This document shows, piece after piece, positions 38,677 to 47,873 of a stretch of 64,000 bases of DNA (its first letter is position 1; the number at the start of each line of letters is the position of its first letter). Source of the DNA: a virus (lineage: Duplodnaviria > Caudoviricetes). The notes below the pieces were generated by a model that worked only from the letters and a program-made list of their open reading frames with translations, did not search any database and had not been told where the DNA came from. The stretch is from IMG/VR virus record IMGVR_UViG_3300028591_000109, positions 1 to 64,000 of that record, one strand, 5' to 3'. Both the position numbers and the translations under genes were made by a program.

Positions 38677-39132
38677 ATGGAACAACAGAATCATGACCAG
38701 ATGGCCGAGCAGTATATCTCGGCAGTTGAGAAACAGAAACAGTCGGAGAGCTACACTCCCGACCAGTCATTCACACGCGGCGACATGGAGACGTGCTTCG
38801 TCGCCGGCTGTCAGTCGATGGAGCGGCTGCAGGAGGGTTGCACGGGCACGTTCGGGCAGGCCATCGGCTCGTTGAAGCACGGCTTCAAGGTGGCCCGCGA
38901 GGGATGGAACGGCAAGGGCATGTGGCTCTGGCTGAAACAGGAGGCGATGGTGAAGAGCGAATGGTGCCACGATCAGGCACTGAAGGCCATTGCTGACAAG
39001 AACGGCGGGCAAATTTACGCCGGTGGATGTATCTGTCTGAAGACTGCTCAGAACACCATACAGAGCGGATGGAACCCGTCACAGCCTGACGTACTGGCTG
39101 TAGACTGGGTATTGGTTAATCCCGAAGAGTAA
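38677..39132 (+). CDS. DUF2829 (Tad2-like) protein
   Basis: FGQAI..LK.G.KVAR.GWNGKGMW and GW.PSQ.D.LA.DW signature. Confidence 0.8.
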   Translation: MEQQNHDQMAEQYISAVEKQKQSESYTPDQSFTRGDMETCFVAGCQSMERLQEGCTGTFGQAIGSLKHGFKVAREGWNGKGMWLWLKQEAMVKSEWCHDQALKAIADKNGGQIYAGGCICLKTAQNTIQSGWNPSQPDVLAVDWVLVNPEE

Positions 39133-39544
39133 CCCGCCCGACCGATGGGGCACAGTATTAACATCATTCACAATTAAGACCCCCGACAACGACGACCTGA
39201 AGAACCTGGCCAAGGGCTGCATCACAGCCGCCAAGGTACTGGCCGACGAACTGGAAGAGGACTACAAGAATGAGCCCGTGGACGGAGGCTTCAAGCGCTG
39301 CGCCGAGAAGGAAACCTTCTTCGACAACTACGTGAACTGGAGCAAGACCGTCTGACGGAGTCGCCGCCCTTGACCTGCGCCGGACAGGGGATTAACTTTT
39401 GGGGTAGGCTCTCATTAAGGAGAGCCACCCATAAAAGTCCACTTTAGCGCGGGTAAAAGTCCACCCCCGCCTGAGACGACGGAAACAACGCCCCGCAGGG
39501 GCACATTATTAACATATTTATTCACAACAAAACAACAGAACATC

Positions 39545-40087
39545 ATGGCACAGAACAAGTACCAGATCATCGAGTTCAAGCCGACGGCCAACCAGGTCGG
39601 CATGTCGCACTCGTTCTACGCACAGGCCGTAGTAGACAACGTAATCACCAACAAGGAGCTGGCCAAGAAGATAGAGGCCCGTGGCATCAGCCGCGCCGCC
39701 GAAATCAAGGCCGTGCTCGAAGAGGCAGCCAACATCATCATCGAGGAGGTCAAGGAGAACAACCGCGTGCAGCTCGAAGCCGACGGCGGCGTGCTCGTCA
39801 GCATCTTCCCCACCGCCACCGGCAGCATCAGCGACAAGGACGTCGTGGCCAACCCCACGAAGTACCCCGGCAAGACCGTGGCCGAGGAGTCGATGCTCAC
39901 CGCCGACATGGTGAAGTGGAGCCTCGGAGCCCGCATCGGCTCCAACCTGGCCAAGCAGTTCGCCCAGCAGAAGTCCGCACAGAAGGTAGCCTACAGCGCC
40001 ACCTCGACACCCGCCGACCCTGAGAGTGGCAACAGCGACGGCGGCGGCTCAGACGAGGGCGGCGAATCGGGCGATCCCAATGAGTAA
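39545..40087 (+). CDS. Bacteroidota HU-like DNA-binding protein
   Basis: HSFYAQ...LAKKI...NRVQL; paralog of 3184-3699; ends DPNE. Confidence 0.7.
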   Translation: MAQNKYQIIEFKPTANQVGMSHSFYAQAVVDNVITNKELAKKIEARGISRAAEIKAVLEEAANIIIEEVKENNRVQLEADGGVLVSIFPTATGSISDKDVVANPTKYPGKTVAEESMLTADMVKWSLGARIGSNLAKQFAQQKSAQKVAYSATSTPADPESGNSDGGGSDEGGESGDPNE

Positions 40088-40196
40088 TCTCACGCGAAAG
40101 GCGGGCGGTGTGGGTTAGCGTGAGGCCCACGGATATCTTTCAGCCGTGCCAGCATCGTCCGCCGATTTTCTAAACAATTAAGAGCGATATAAACCT

Positions 40197-40502
40197 ATGC
40201 CGAAGCTGACTATCAACTACGCTTGCATTGCGGACGTGGTGCAGGTGGAACCTAAGCCGACGGACAATCAGCGGAAGAACCGCAAGGTCATCCTGCATGT
40301 TGACGAAGAGGATTTCTTCGACATGCTCGACCATGTGAACCCGAAGAACATCGTCAAGTATCTCGACATGCGGGGCATACCGCACCGCGAGCCGGCGAAC
40401 ATCGTGGTCAAGGTGGAGCCCGACGCAAGCGGACTGAAACTGCGCCATTCGCTGAAGCGGGTAGCAGCCGAACTAAAGAATGCGAGAAGAGACAACCAGT
40501 GA
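40197..40502 (+). CDS. Hypothetical protein
   Basis: Co-oriented ORF. Confidence 0.65.
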   Translation: MPKLTINYACIADVVQVEPKPTDNQRKNRKVILHVDEEDFFDMLDHVNPKNIVKYLDMRGIPHREPANIVVKVEPDASGLKLRHSLKRVAAELKNARRDNQ

Positions 40503-41308
40503 TGAGAAACTACCGTGAACTATCCGACGAGGAGGTGCAGCAACTGGAGCAGCTCTACCCCGTGACCCCGAACCGCAGGCTCAGCCAGATGTTCGGCGTG
40601 TCGGTGGATGCCATCCAGGACCACTTCGCACGGCCACGGGGCTGGCAGAAAGACCAGGCATCCATCAAGCTCGCCACGCACGGCACCTACCACCGGCTGA
40701 CCGAGCGCGAGGAGCAGTGGATTATTCGCCACTACCACAACACCCGCAACGGCGACATCATGGAGAAGTACGGCATAGGCGAGAGCACGCTTCACCGCGT
40801 GGCACGGAAGCACGGGCTGAAGAAGACCGACCGCTTCATGCGCCGGATGCAGCGCGAGGCCGTGGCGCACTCGCAGGTGGCTTTCGCGGAGCACGGCGAG
40901 AGTGAAAGGGCTGCGGAGCGGGCACGTCAGCAGTGGGCAGAGCGCAAGGCCACGGGCGACTACGGAGGCGTGGGCTTCAAGAAAGGCGAGTCGAACAAGA
41001 CCCGCATGTCGCCCCGCCGCTACAAGGCGATGCTGCAGAAGATACAGCGGAAGCGCAACGAGACCATACGCCGCGACCGCATCCGCATCCACTGGGGCAT
41101 GGAGCCGAAAACGAAGCTGGTGAAGCAGTGGGACAACAAGCCCGACTGGCGCAAGAGCCACTACCGCTACAAGTTCCGACAGTTCGGCTACGAGGTGGAA
41201 CCCGACAGCCGCGACGTCTATTACTTCGCCGACACCGTGCGCCACCCCATCATGGAGCGCAACGCCCGGAAGCACGGCTTCAAGATACTTCCGGCAGAAG
41301 AAGAGTGA
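40499..41308 (+). CDS. Tandem-HTH DNA-binding protein
   Basis: Repeats Y..T.N..L...FGVS and Y..T.N..I...YGI..STL.RVARK.GLKK. Confidence 0.7.
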   Translation: MMRNYRELSDEEVQQLEQLYPVTPNRRLSQMFGVSVDAIQDHFARPRGWQKDQASIKLATHGTYHRLTEREEQWIIRHYHNTRNGDIMEKYGIGESTLHRVARKHGLKKTDRFMRRMQREAVAHSQVAFAEHGESERAAERARQQWAERKATGDYGGVGFKKGESNKTRMSPRRYKAMLQKIQRKRNETIRRDRIRIHWGMEPKTKLVKQWDNKPDWRKSHYRYKFRQFGYEVEPDSRDVYYFADTVRHPIMERNARKHGFKILPAEEE

Positions 41309-41414
41309 AGACTCGCTTTAGCGCTTTCATCAAGCGAAGCGACTGAAAGAATTTTTAAACATAATTTTTAACCAATTTCTCGCCGACAGGCGACTAAAAA
41401 CAAGAGCGACAACA

Positions 41415-41594
41415 ATGAAAGTAAAGAAACACTACGAGCAGGATCACGTCATCCTGTATGTGACGGAGGGCGACCTGCAGACCACCATCACCCTGGAGAG
41501 CGACCGACAGATGAAGCGGCTGGCCGACTGCCTCACAGACCTCTACCGCACCGACGGCAGGGAGGTGAGCATCGGGGAGGGCATTGAACATTAA
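41415..41594 (+). CDS. Small hypothetical protein (59 aa; not in the ORF track)
   Basis: Translated by hand, MKVKKHYEQD...; follows an AT-hairpin cassette. Confidence 0.6.
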   Translation: MKVKKHYEQDHVILYVTEGDLQTTITLESDRQMKRLADCLTDLYRTDGREVSIGEGIEH

Positions 41595-41616
41595 ACAACA
41601 AACAATCAAGAGCGAT

Positions 41617-42147
41617 ATGAAACAAGAGATTTTAATTGTGCCTTTTATAGGCGACGTGAAAGTGTCGAAGAACACCAACACGGTAACGGTAGACTATGAC
41701 AGGGCTAAATGGGGTGACAAGCTGAAAGGCTATAGGCTGATGGGCAAAGCCAACGAATGGCAGATGGTGGGTGAAGGAGTCCCGCACACCGACCCCAACG
41801 TGTGGAACTGGGAAACCTGCATCTCCGGGCGCATAGACACCGAGTTCGAGTCAGAAGATGAAGTGGCTGTGCTGTGCTTCTTCCTCAGAAAGGCCGGGGT
41901 GAGCTTTATGATATTGGTGGATAACGGCAAAGGGCGCTATCTGTTCATGCGCTGTCTCGATGCGAAGATCAATCTCAGTCCTTTCAGTCAGACTGTAGTA
42001 TTCTCCGGCGACGCCCCATACCCTTTCACCTATTTCGACGGCGAGGTTGAGGAAGCCGGCAGAGCCGTAGACCTGGCAGAAAAGTGTATCGAAGAAGGAC
42101 TTCGGCAAACACAGGTCTGGGAAAACATAATCGGCAGAAATCTCTGA
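41617..42147 (+). CDS. Hypothetical protein, paralog of the 25072-26001 N-domain
   Basis: Shared motifs; GCGATATG start. Confidence 0.7.
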   Translation: MKQEILIVPFIGDVKVSKNTNTVTVDYDRAKWGDKLKGYRLMGKANEWQMVGEGVPHTDPNVWNWETCISGRIDTEFESEDEVAVLCFFLRKAGVSFMILVDNGKGRYLFMRCLDAKINLSPFSQTVVFSGDAPYPFTYFDGEVEEAGRAVDLAEKCIEEGLRQTQVWENIIGRNL

Positions 42148-42212
42148 ATAATTTTTAATCCAATTTTTAACAAATTTCTCGCCGCAAGGCGATACAAAAA
42201 ACAAAGAGCGAT

Positions 42213-42374
42213 ATGAAAATAGTAAGATTTGACAGCAAAGGAAACTGCCAGTTCATTTATTTTAACTGGCGCAAGTTTAAGTTTGAAACATCGTGCTGGG
42301 CAAACAGCCTTCAGGGACTGCTCGGCAAGACGAGTGAGAAGAAACATCTGATAATCGGCCTGTGGAATCATTAA
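42213..42374 (+). CDS. Small hypothetical protein (53 aa)
   Basis: AAGAGCGATATG start after an AT-hairpin cassette. Confidence 0.5.
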   Translation: MKIVRFDSKGNCQFIYFNWRKFKFETSCWANSLQGLLGKTSEKKHLIIGLWNH

Positions 42375-42563
42375 AGGAGGACTGAGCCATGGGAGAAATG
42401 AAATGGAGCTTTAACCTGTTCGGCATCCGTATCGGATGGTACAAACACTTTTCAGCCGTTTGTTACGACCGCAGGAACCGACTCTTGCAAATCGGCAAAC
42501 TGGAAATCTGGTTCTATGGATTGAATTAAGCGAAGGAAGATAACGACAAAAACAAAGAGCGAT

Positions 42564-42983
42564 ATGGAACAGATTACACTGACAAGAGAAGAACTGCTGG
42601 AGCTGGCGAGGGTGGTGACATCCCACCTCGACGACCGGCTCGTGCCCTACAGCCGCGAAGAACTGCGGGCAATGGCATGGATAGAGGGCTTCATGTTTGC
42701 AAAGCGTCATCAACAGAAGGCCGAAGACGAGAAAGAGCCTGCACCAGCGCCCGCCCCCTGCTGCATACAGGACATCCTGCGCAACGTGGTAAGCGAAATG
42801 CTGAGCTACTGGCTCCTGTGTACCGAAGACTACGGACCCTTCCGTAAGGGCGAGCGCTACTGGCTTGAACTATTGGAGAGTGGCCGTGTCTGCGGGCGCA
42901 GCGACAACATAAAGGGAGAGAAAACCGACATCACCCTCGTCGAGTTACTGAGTTGCTTCGAGGTGACGAACGACAAAGTTTAA
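42564..42983 (+). CDS. Hypothetical protein
   Basis: GCGATATG start. Confidence 0.7.
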   Translation: MEQITLTREELLELARVVTSHLDDRLVPYSREELRAMAWIEGFMFAKRHQQKAEDEKEPAPAPAPCCIQDILRNVVSEMLSYWLLCTEDYGPFRKGERYWLELLESGRVCGRSDNIKGEKTDITLVELLSCFEVTNDKV

Positions 42984-43005
42984 CCCTATAAAAACAAAGA
43001 GCGAT

Positions 43006-43482
43006 ATGAGAACAATCAAATTCAGAGGACAAAGGATTGATAACGGGGAATGGGAATATGGCGACCTTGTTCATGATGACATTGGCGGATGCTACGTATT
43101 CCCGACTGAATGCAAAGGTTTATACCGAAACAACGAGGTCGTCTCGCAGTCTGTTGGCCAATTCACTGGTCTGAAGGACAAGAACGGACGCGACATCTAC
43201 GAGGGCGACATACTGCGCTCCGACGACTACCCGTTCTGCGACGACGGCAACGACAACTACATGGGCGTCGTGTTCTGCGCCACAGACGATGCCGTCGGCA
43301 TGTTTCAAGTCATGCTGTTCGTGCTCAAATCATCGGAGAAGAGAGGCATCAGCAGCTTCATCAACAAGTGCTTCTACGACCTTGACCTGACCAAGGTGGA
43401 AGTAATCGGCAACATCTTCGACAACAAAGGACTCTTCCGCGACAGCGACGAGAAAATCCTGAAATGGTATCTGGAGGACTAA
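43006..43482 (+). CDS. YopX-family protein
   Basis: MRTIKFRG...VGQFTGLKDKNG.DIYEGD...EVIGNIFDN. Confidence 0.85.
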   Translation: MRTIKFRGQRIDNGEWEYGDLVHDDIGGCYVFPTECKGLYRNNEVVSQSVGQFTGLKDKNGRDIYEGDILRSDDYPFCDDGNDNYMGVVFCATDDAVGMFQVMLFVLKSSEKRGISSFINKCFYDLDLTKVEVIGNIFDNKGLFRDSDEKILKWYLED

Positions 43483-43498
43483 CTCTCAACTCTGAACT

Positions 43499-44575
43499 AT
43501 GAACTATGAACTGAAGTCCATCCCCCAGTCCTGGAGCGAGCTCTCCTGGCAGCAGCTCTGCGGCTGCTGGCGGGCAAAGATGCGCTACGGCGGCAATGCC
43601 GACGTGGCACGCGCCGCCGGGCTGCTGGCCGTCTGCGGGCTGACCGTGGATGGCCGCGAGCCCGCCGACACCCGGACCGGCGAGAGCATCTACCGCCTGA
43701 AGGACCGGGACGGGCAGACGTGGACGGCGACGGCCCGCGAACTCGCACACCTCGCACGGCAGACGATGCCGTGGTTCGACTGGCCCTATGGTGACCAGGG
43801 CGACAAGGAAGAGCGCGACGAACAGGACAAGGTAATCCGCGAGCGCCGCGAGGGACATCCGGGTTACGTCAACCGCAACCAACAAGACTGGCGGGACGCC
43901 ATGGTGCTACAGGAAGAGACGGTCGAGGTGGCAGGTGTCACCTTCGCCCTGCCGCAGGGCGCATGCTCCAACATCACCTGGCACCAATACCGCTCGCTGC
44001 AGGCCATCGCGCCGCAGCTGTGGCAGGACGGACTCACCGACGACGAGGCACGCTCGCTTCACGCACAGTTTCTGGCCTACATCCTCGTGCCCGCCCCGCC
44101 GACGGCAGACACCGGCGACCGCTTTCACACCCGTCCCTCGTTCCGCTATGATGCCGAGCGGGCCGAAGCCAGCGTCCAGTTCTGGGAAGAGCGTTTGCGA
44201 GTTGAGAGTTTAGAGTTGAGAGTTGAGAGTTCTGACCGCAACGGGAGCGCGGGAGCAAATTCTTCACTCTTCACTCTTCACTCTTCACTTATACTCTTCC
44301 ACATCTGCTTCCAGGTATGGCAGACAGCGGTGGCGAACTTCTACCCCTCCGTGTTCCCCCTCCTCTTCGGCGGCGGCAAGAGCGACCCCCTGCACACCGC
44401 CCTCACCGGCGAGACAGACACCATCAATGCCGTGATGAAGTACCAGGGCTACAGCTCGCCCGAGCAGGTCTATAACACCGAACTGCCCATCATCCTCGGC
44501 ACGCTGAACACGATGAGTAAAGAGGCAAAGGAGATTGAGAAGATAAAGTCGCAGAGCCACAGAGGGAGGAAGTGA
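43499..44575 (+). CDS. Hypothetical protein (possibly tail-assembly related) with an in-frame heptamer-repeat insert
   Basis: IP.SW.EL.W N-terminus; insert RVESLELRVESS...SSLFTLHSSL at ~44195-44290. Confidence 0.65.
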   Translation: MNYELKSIPQSWSELSWQQLCGCWRAKMRYGGNADVARAAGLLAVCGLTVDGREPADTRTGESIYRLKDRDGQTWTATARELAHLARQTMPWFDWPYGDQGDKEERDEQDKVIRERREGHPGYVNRNQQDWRDAMVLQEETVEVAGVTFALPQGACSNITWHQYRSLQAIAPQLWQDGLTDDEARSLHAQFLAYILVPAPPTADTGDRFHTRPSFRYDAERAEASVQFWEERLRVESLELRVESSDRNGSAGANSSLFTLHSSLILFHICFQVWQTAVANFYPSVFPLLFGGGKSDPLHTALTGETDTINAVMKYQGYSSPEQVYNTELPIILGTLNTMSKEAKEIEKIKSQSHRGRK

Positions 44576-44627
44576 GTTATTGACGGAAAGAAATTATCAG
44601 AAATTACCATTTATTATTTATAGCGAT

Positions 44628-45536
44628 ATGAACAAAGACAAAAATCTCTACAAGATTGAGAACAAGCTCGGCATATTCTACATCGTAGCCGAAACGTTCG
44701 ACGAAGCCGCCAACGAACTGAAGGCGCGGCTCGACCAGGCCGACTACGGCTTCTTCCAGTACCGCGACATCCCGTCAATCGAGCACGTCGCCACGCAGTC
44801 GTTCTATATTGACGGCTCGAAGCAGTCGTTCTCCGACAGCAAGCCCAACCTCATTATCTCAGGCAGCGACCCAATCTGCCAGCGCGAGTTTGCCGAGCAG
44901 ATGGCTTTGAAGTGCGAGGAATATGAGAAGCTGAAGCATGACTATGACCAGATGGCGGCAGACCTGGCCGATGCCAACGAGCAACTGCTGAAGATGCAGG
45001 CCGAGGCAGAAAAGAAGCAGGAGGTGTATGACGACTACGTGGCCAAGGCAGAGAAAGCCTACGGCGACCTGCTCGACGAGAACCGACGGCTGGCAGAATC
45101 GACGGACGAACAGGAAAGTCTGCAGCATCTACAGCAGAAACTGGACGATGCGCTGGCTGAGAACCGCCAGCTGCACGAGCGGTTGAGCGGCGTGACCGCC
45201 ACTACTGGCTCCTACATGATAGCCGTGGAGCGCGAGCGGCAGGTAAAAGACGAAGGCTACAATGCCGAGCACGACCAGGCGCATGAGCCGATGACGCTGG
45301 CAAGAGCCGCCGTGAGCTATATCCTCTGCAACGACGAGAAGAAGCGCAAGATTGCCAAGACTACATACTGGCCGTGGGAGGACAAGTACTACAAGCCGCG
45401 CGACATGAAGCGCAATCTCATCCGCGCCGGTGCTCTCGTAGCTGCCGCCATCGACCGTCTGCTGGCCGAGGACATCCAGTCGCCCGTCGAGCCGTGCGAC
45501 AAATGTCCAGACGAAGTATCTCCCGATAATTTTTAA
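44628..45536 (+). CDS. Multi-module phage protein: coiled coil plus conserved ER.RQ...EGY..EHD...WPW domain
   Basis: C-terminal IAVERERQ...HD...LARAA..Y...WPW...KP...RNLIRAGAL..A.IDRL. Confidence 0.7.
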   Translation: MNKDKNLYKIENKLGIFYIVAETFDEAANELKARLDQADYGFFQYRDIPSIEHVATQSFYIDGSKQSFSDSKPNLIISGSDPICQREFAEQMALKCEEYEKLKHDYDQMAADLADANEQLLKMQAEAEKKQEVYDDYVAKAEKAYGDLLDENRRLAESTDEQESLQHLQQKLDDALAENRQLHERLSGVTATTGSYMIAVERERQVKDEGYNAEHDQAHEPMTLARAAVSYILCNDEKKRKIAKTTYWPWEDKYYKPRDMKRNLIRAGALVAAAIDRLLAEDIQSPVEPCDKCPDEVSPDNF

Positions 45537-45588
45537 CCCAATTTTTAACCAATTTCCCTGCGAAAGCAGGCAAAAACAAAAGAGCGAT

Positions 45589-45858
45589 ATGGCAGACAAT
45601 AGAATGTACCTCAGATGTAAGGGATGCGGAGCAGAGATGATGCTCGCGAAAATGGGAGGGATTTGGATGGACTGGTTTTTCGTAAAAACCAACGGGGCCA
45701 AAGGCAGGGAACTGAGCGAGTTCCTTGAAGCCCACAGCCACTGTTGCGATGATGTCGATCCCGACCTGCTCGACTGGAAAGACTGGCGACAGGCACGGCC
45801 CTTCGAGCTCGTCTATGAGAACGACGACGACTGGCAAAAGAAGAAATCCCTAAAGTAA
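45589..45858 (+). CDS. Zn-binding hypothetical protein
   Basis: MYLRCKGCG...H..C. Confidence 0.7.
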   Translation: MADNRMYLRCKGCGAEMMLAKMGGIWMDWFFVKTNGAKGRELSEFLEAHSHCCDDVDPDLLDWKDWRQARPFELVYENDDDWQKKKSLK

Positions 45859-45899
45859 CTGACAGACGAATCACACATTTAATTATTTATAAGAGCGAT

Positions 45900-46379
45900 A
45901 TGAATAAGGAACCAATACCAATGCCGACAAGCAATCGGATTGTTCAGATTCTGACAAAGAAGAAGCAGCTCTATGCCATCGCCCCTGACGAGCACAATGC
46001 GCAGGTGGAAGCCGAGCGCAGGGCCTATCACGAGCGGCGGTGCCGCGAGAGCGAGGGCTACAAGCGGGTGTACGAGTACATCACCGGGGCGTTTCAGAGG
46101 GTGCGCGAGCAAGTGAGCCAGGGGCTTACGATGACGCAGCAGACCATGCAGCAATGCAATGCGGACACGACGGGCGCAACGACACCCAATGAAGGCACCG
46201 CCCCGAAGGTGGACTCCCTCTCCAGTCTCTTTGCCGTCGGCATCCTCGGCTGGATGCTTGGCATCCCCATCGGCGACCCTGAATTCCGGCTCGACATGGA
46301 GGCCGACAAGGAATACATCGAAGAATATGTCAAGGCCGAGACCGAGTTCATCCACCGTCTCGTGCCGGAGGTAAGGTAA
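45900..46379 (+). CDS. Hypothetical protein
   Basis: GCGATATG start. Confidence 0.65.
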   Translation: MNKEPIPMPTSNRIVQILTKKKQLYAIAPDEHNAQVEAERRAYHERRCRESEGYKRVYEYITGAFQRVREQVSQGLTMTQQTMQQCNADTTGATTPNEGTAPKVDSLSSLFAVGILGWMLGIPIGDPEFRLDMEADKEYIEEYVKAETEFIHRLVPEVR

Positions 46380-46400
46380 CAGACAAAAGACAATGCAACA

Positions 46401-47357
46401 ATGATTGAACCCGACAACATTTACAACATGGACTGCCTCGAAGGGCTGCGGCAGATGGAGGACGAGACGGTGGACTGCTGCGTTACGTCGCCGCCCTACT
46501 TCGCCCTGCGCGACTACGGCTGCGAGGGGCAGATAGGACTGGAGCAGTCGCCGGAGGAGTACATCGCCCGGCTCTGCGACGTGTTCCGCGAGGTGCTGCG
46601 CGTGATGAAGCCCGAGGCGACGTGCTGGGTGGTCATCGGCGACACCTACAACTGTTACCGTGGTGCCACCACCCGCCAATATTACGACACGAAGTTCGCT
46701 GGAGAAAGCGGGCACCCTGCCCGTCCATCGGGCTTCGGGCTGGAATGCAAGAATCTGAAAGACAAAGACCTGATAGGCATACCATGGATGCTGGCCTTTG
46801 CCCTGCGCGGCATGGGCTTCTATCTGCGGCAGGACATCATCTGGCAGAAGCCGAACCCGATGCCGGAGAGCGTGAAGAACCGCTGTACCAAGTCGCACGA
46901 GTACATCTTCCTGCTTACCAAGCAGCCGCGCTACTACTTCAGCGTAGATGCGCTGCGCGAGCCTGCCAATACCGGCATCCGTGCCCACGAGTACAACCAC
47001 CGAAAGGTGAAATTTACCGTGCCAGGGCACCGCCAGATGCAGTTCCGTGGCGGCAATCAGAGCGACGGCTTCCGCAACAAGCGCGACGTGTGGCAGATAC
47101 TGGTCAAGCCCGGCTATGAGGGCCACCACGCCACCTTCCCCGTGGAGCTGCCCCTGCAGTGCATTGCCCTCGGCTGTCCGCAAGGCGGTCTGGTGCTCGA
47201 CCCTTTCATGGGCACGGCCACCACTGCCGTCGCCGCCTACCGCATCAGCCGCCACTATGTTGGCTTCGAGCTGTCACCCGACTATCACGCTATCTGTCTG
47301 GAGCGCCTGCGCCAGGAGCGACAGCAGCAGCGACTGGAGTTTGATGAGGAAGAATGA
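46401..47357 (+). CDS. Amino-methyltransferase (N4C/N6A, beta class)
   Basis: Motif IV TSPPY precedes motif I VLDPFMG; IIWQKPN; HHATFP. Confidence 0.9.
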   Translation: MIEPDNIYNMDCLEGLRQMEDETVDCCVTSPPYFALRDYGCEGQIGLEQSPEEYIARLCDVFREVLRVMKPEATCWVVIGDTYNCYRGATTRQYYDTKFAGESGHPARPSGFGLECKNLKDKDLIGIPWMLAFALRGMGFYLRQDIIWQKPNPMPESVKNRCTKSHEYIFLLTKQPRYYFSVDALREPANTGIRAHEYNHRKVKFTVPGHRQMQFRGGNQSDGFRNKRDVWQILVKPGYEGHHATFPVELPLQCIALGCPQGGLVLDPFMGTATTAVAAYRISRHYVGFELSPDYHAICLERLRQERQQQRLEFDEEE

Positions 47358-47432
47358 CAGACAATTTATAACAAGAGAAACAAGAATCAATAACAAGAGT
47401 TTACAACCCTTTAATATTAAATTAACAAAATT

Positions 47433-47873
47433 ATGGAAAATTGGATTTTAGTTAAAAACCTGGAAGGCAAAGATATAAAAGTTCGCCAGAGACGGGCTTA
47501 CGGTGACATCTTTGTTGACGAGCAAGGTAAGGAATACCTGGCGAATGTTCTTGACTTTACCGGCGCACGTCTTGCGATACCCGACTTCAACGAACAGAAT
47601 AAGGAGAGCCTGAATGCGCTGAAGGATATGATGAAGTCGATGGACGCCAAGGCTATTGCCGACCACAAGGCCGTGATTGCCGAGTTCGAGTATTGGAGAA
47701 AGCTGCGTAGTGAAATTTTCATGGAAATGTATCGCGACCACTTGGCCAAAAACGGCAGCAGAATGTCTGAGGACGATCTGCTGAACAAGGCGAAGTACCT
47801 TGTCAATCAGCTATGGCAACAAGACCAGGATTTCATATCTGACAAAAAGGTGTTTCATATTCCTGTCAAATGA
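47433..47873 (+). CDS. Hypothetical protein
   Basis: Co-oriented ORF with ATGA overlap to the next gene. Confidence 0.7.
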   Translation: MENWILVKNLEGKDIKVRQRRAYGDIFVDEQGKEYLANVLDFTGARLAIPDFNEQNKESLNALKDMMKSMDAKAIADHKAVIAEFEYWRKLRSEIFMEMYRDHLAKNGSRMSEDDLLNKAKYLVNQLWQQDQDFISDKKVFHIPVK

